A stretch of 64,000 bases of DNA, taken from assembly GCA_016234445.1 (NCBI GenBank), contig JACRBT010000008.1, positions 9,109-73,108 of the forward strand, read 5' to 3'. Both the position numbers and the translations under genes were made by a program. This DNA is from Chloroflexota bacterium (GTDB lineage Bacteria > Chloroflexota > Dehalococcoidia > Tepidiformales > Tepidiformaceae). Position 1 is the stretch's first letter, and every line of letters starts with the position of its first letter. Of the stretch, positions 63,988 through 64,000 are shown one piece after another. The notes beneath the pieces are model-generated. The model made no database searches. It was not told the origin of the DNA and saw only the letters and a program-made list of their open reading frames with translations.

Positions 63988-64000
63988 GTCCGCGCCCCGC

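Overview
High-GC bacterial chromosomal segment; hand counts of backbone stretches give about two-thirds G+C. I could support about 75 protein-coding genes and found no rRNA, tRNA or CRISPR array. The long R/G/P/A-rich ORFs in the track are mostly antisense shadow ORFs of real genes.

Backbone genes:
- Heat-shock operon hrcA-grpE-dnaK with a CIRCE operator.
- metH, dapB, thrB, nadD, plsX, rplK-rplA, scpB, mtaB and mgtE.
- A SCO1/PCuAC copper-chaperone pair.
- Much acyl-CoA metabolism: two crotonases, an acyl-CoA dehydrogenase, three family III CoA-transferase domains and a carboxyltransferase.
- Two PIG-L deacetylases and two SGNH-like paralogues.

The taxon cannot be fixed from the sequence alone. 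The gene content is Gram-positive-like, Chloroflexota-like or Actinobacteria-like.

Most interesting observations:
1. A low-GC three-gene cassette of unassignable proteins ending in a small polytopic membrane protein. It has a divergent wHTH-like gene and is wedged between hrcA and nadD (40.0-42.1 kb), next to a RelE/ParE toxin-antitoxin pair.
2. A second low-GC islet (55.4-57.6 kb). It holds an unknown protein translationally coupled to an Xre-HTH/ImmA-IrrE metalloprotease, followed directly by five tandem 41-42-nt hairpin-containing repeats.
3. A tandemly duplicated 165-nt structured intergenic element (33.64-34.08 kb) with compensatory changes that favour a plus-strand RNA.
4. A family of STRR-like tandem heptanucleotide repeats placed right after stop codons. 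Three of these arrays are inserted in-frame inside nadD.

All functional calls rest on motifs I read in the translations. No database search was run.
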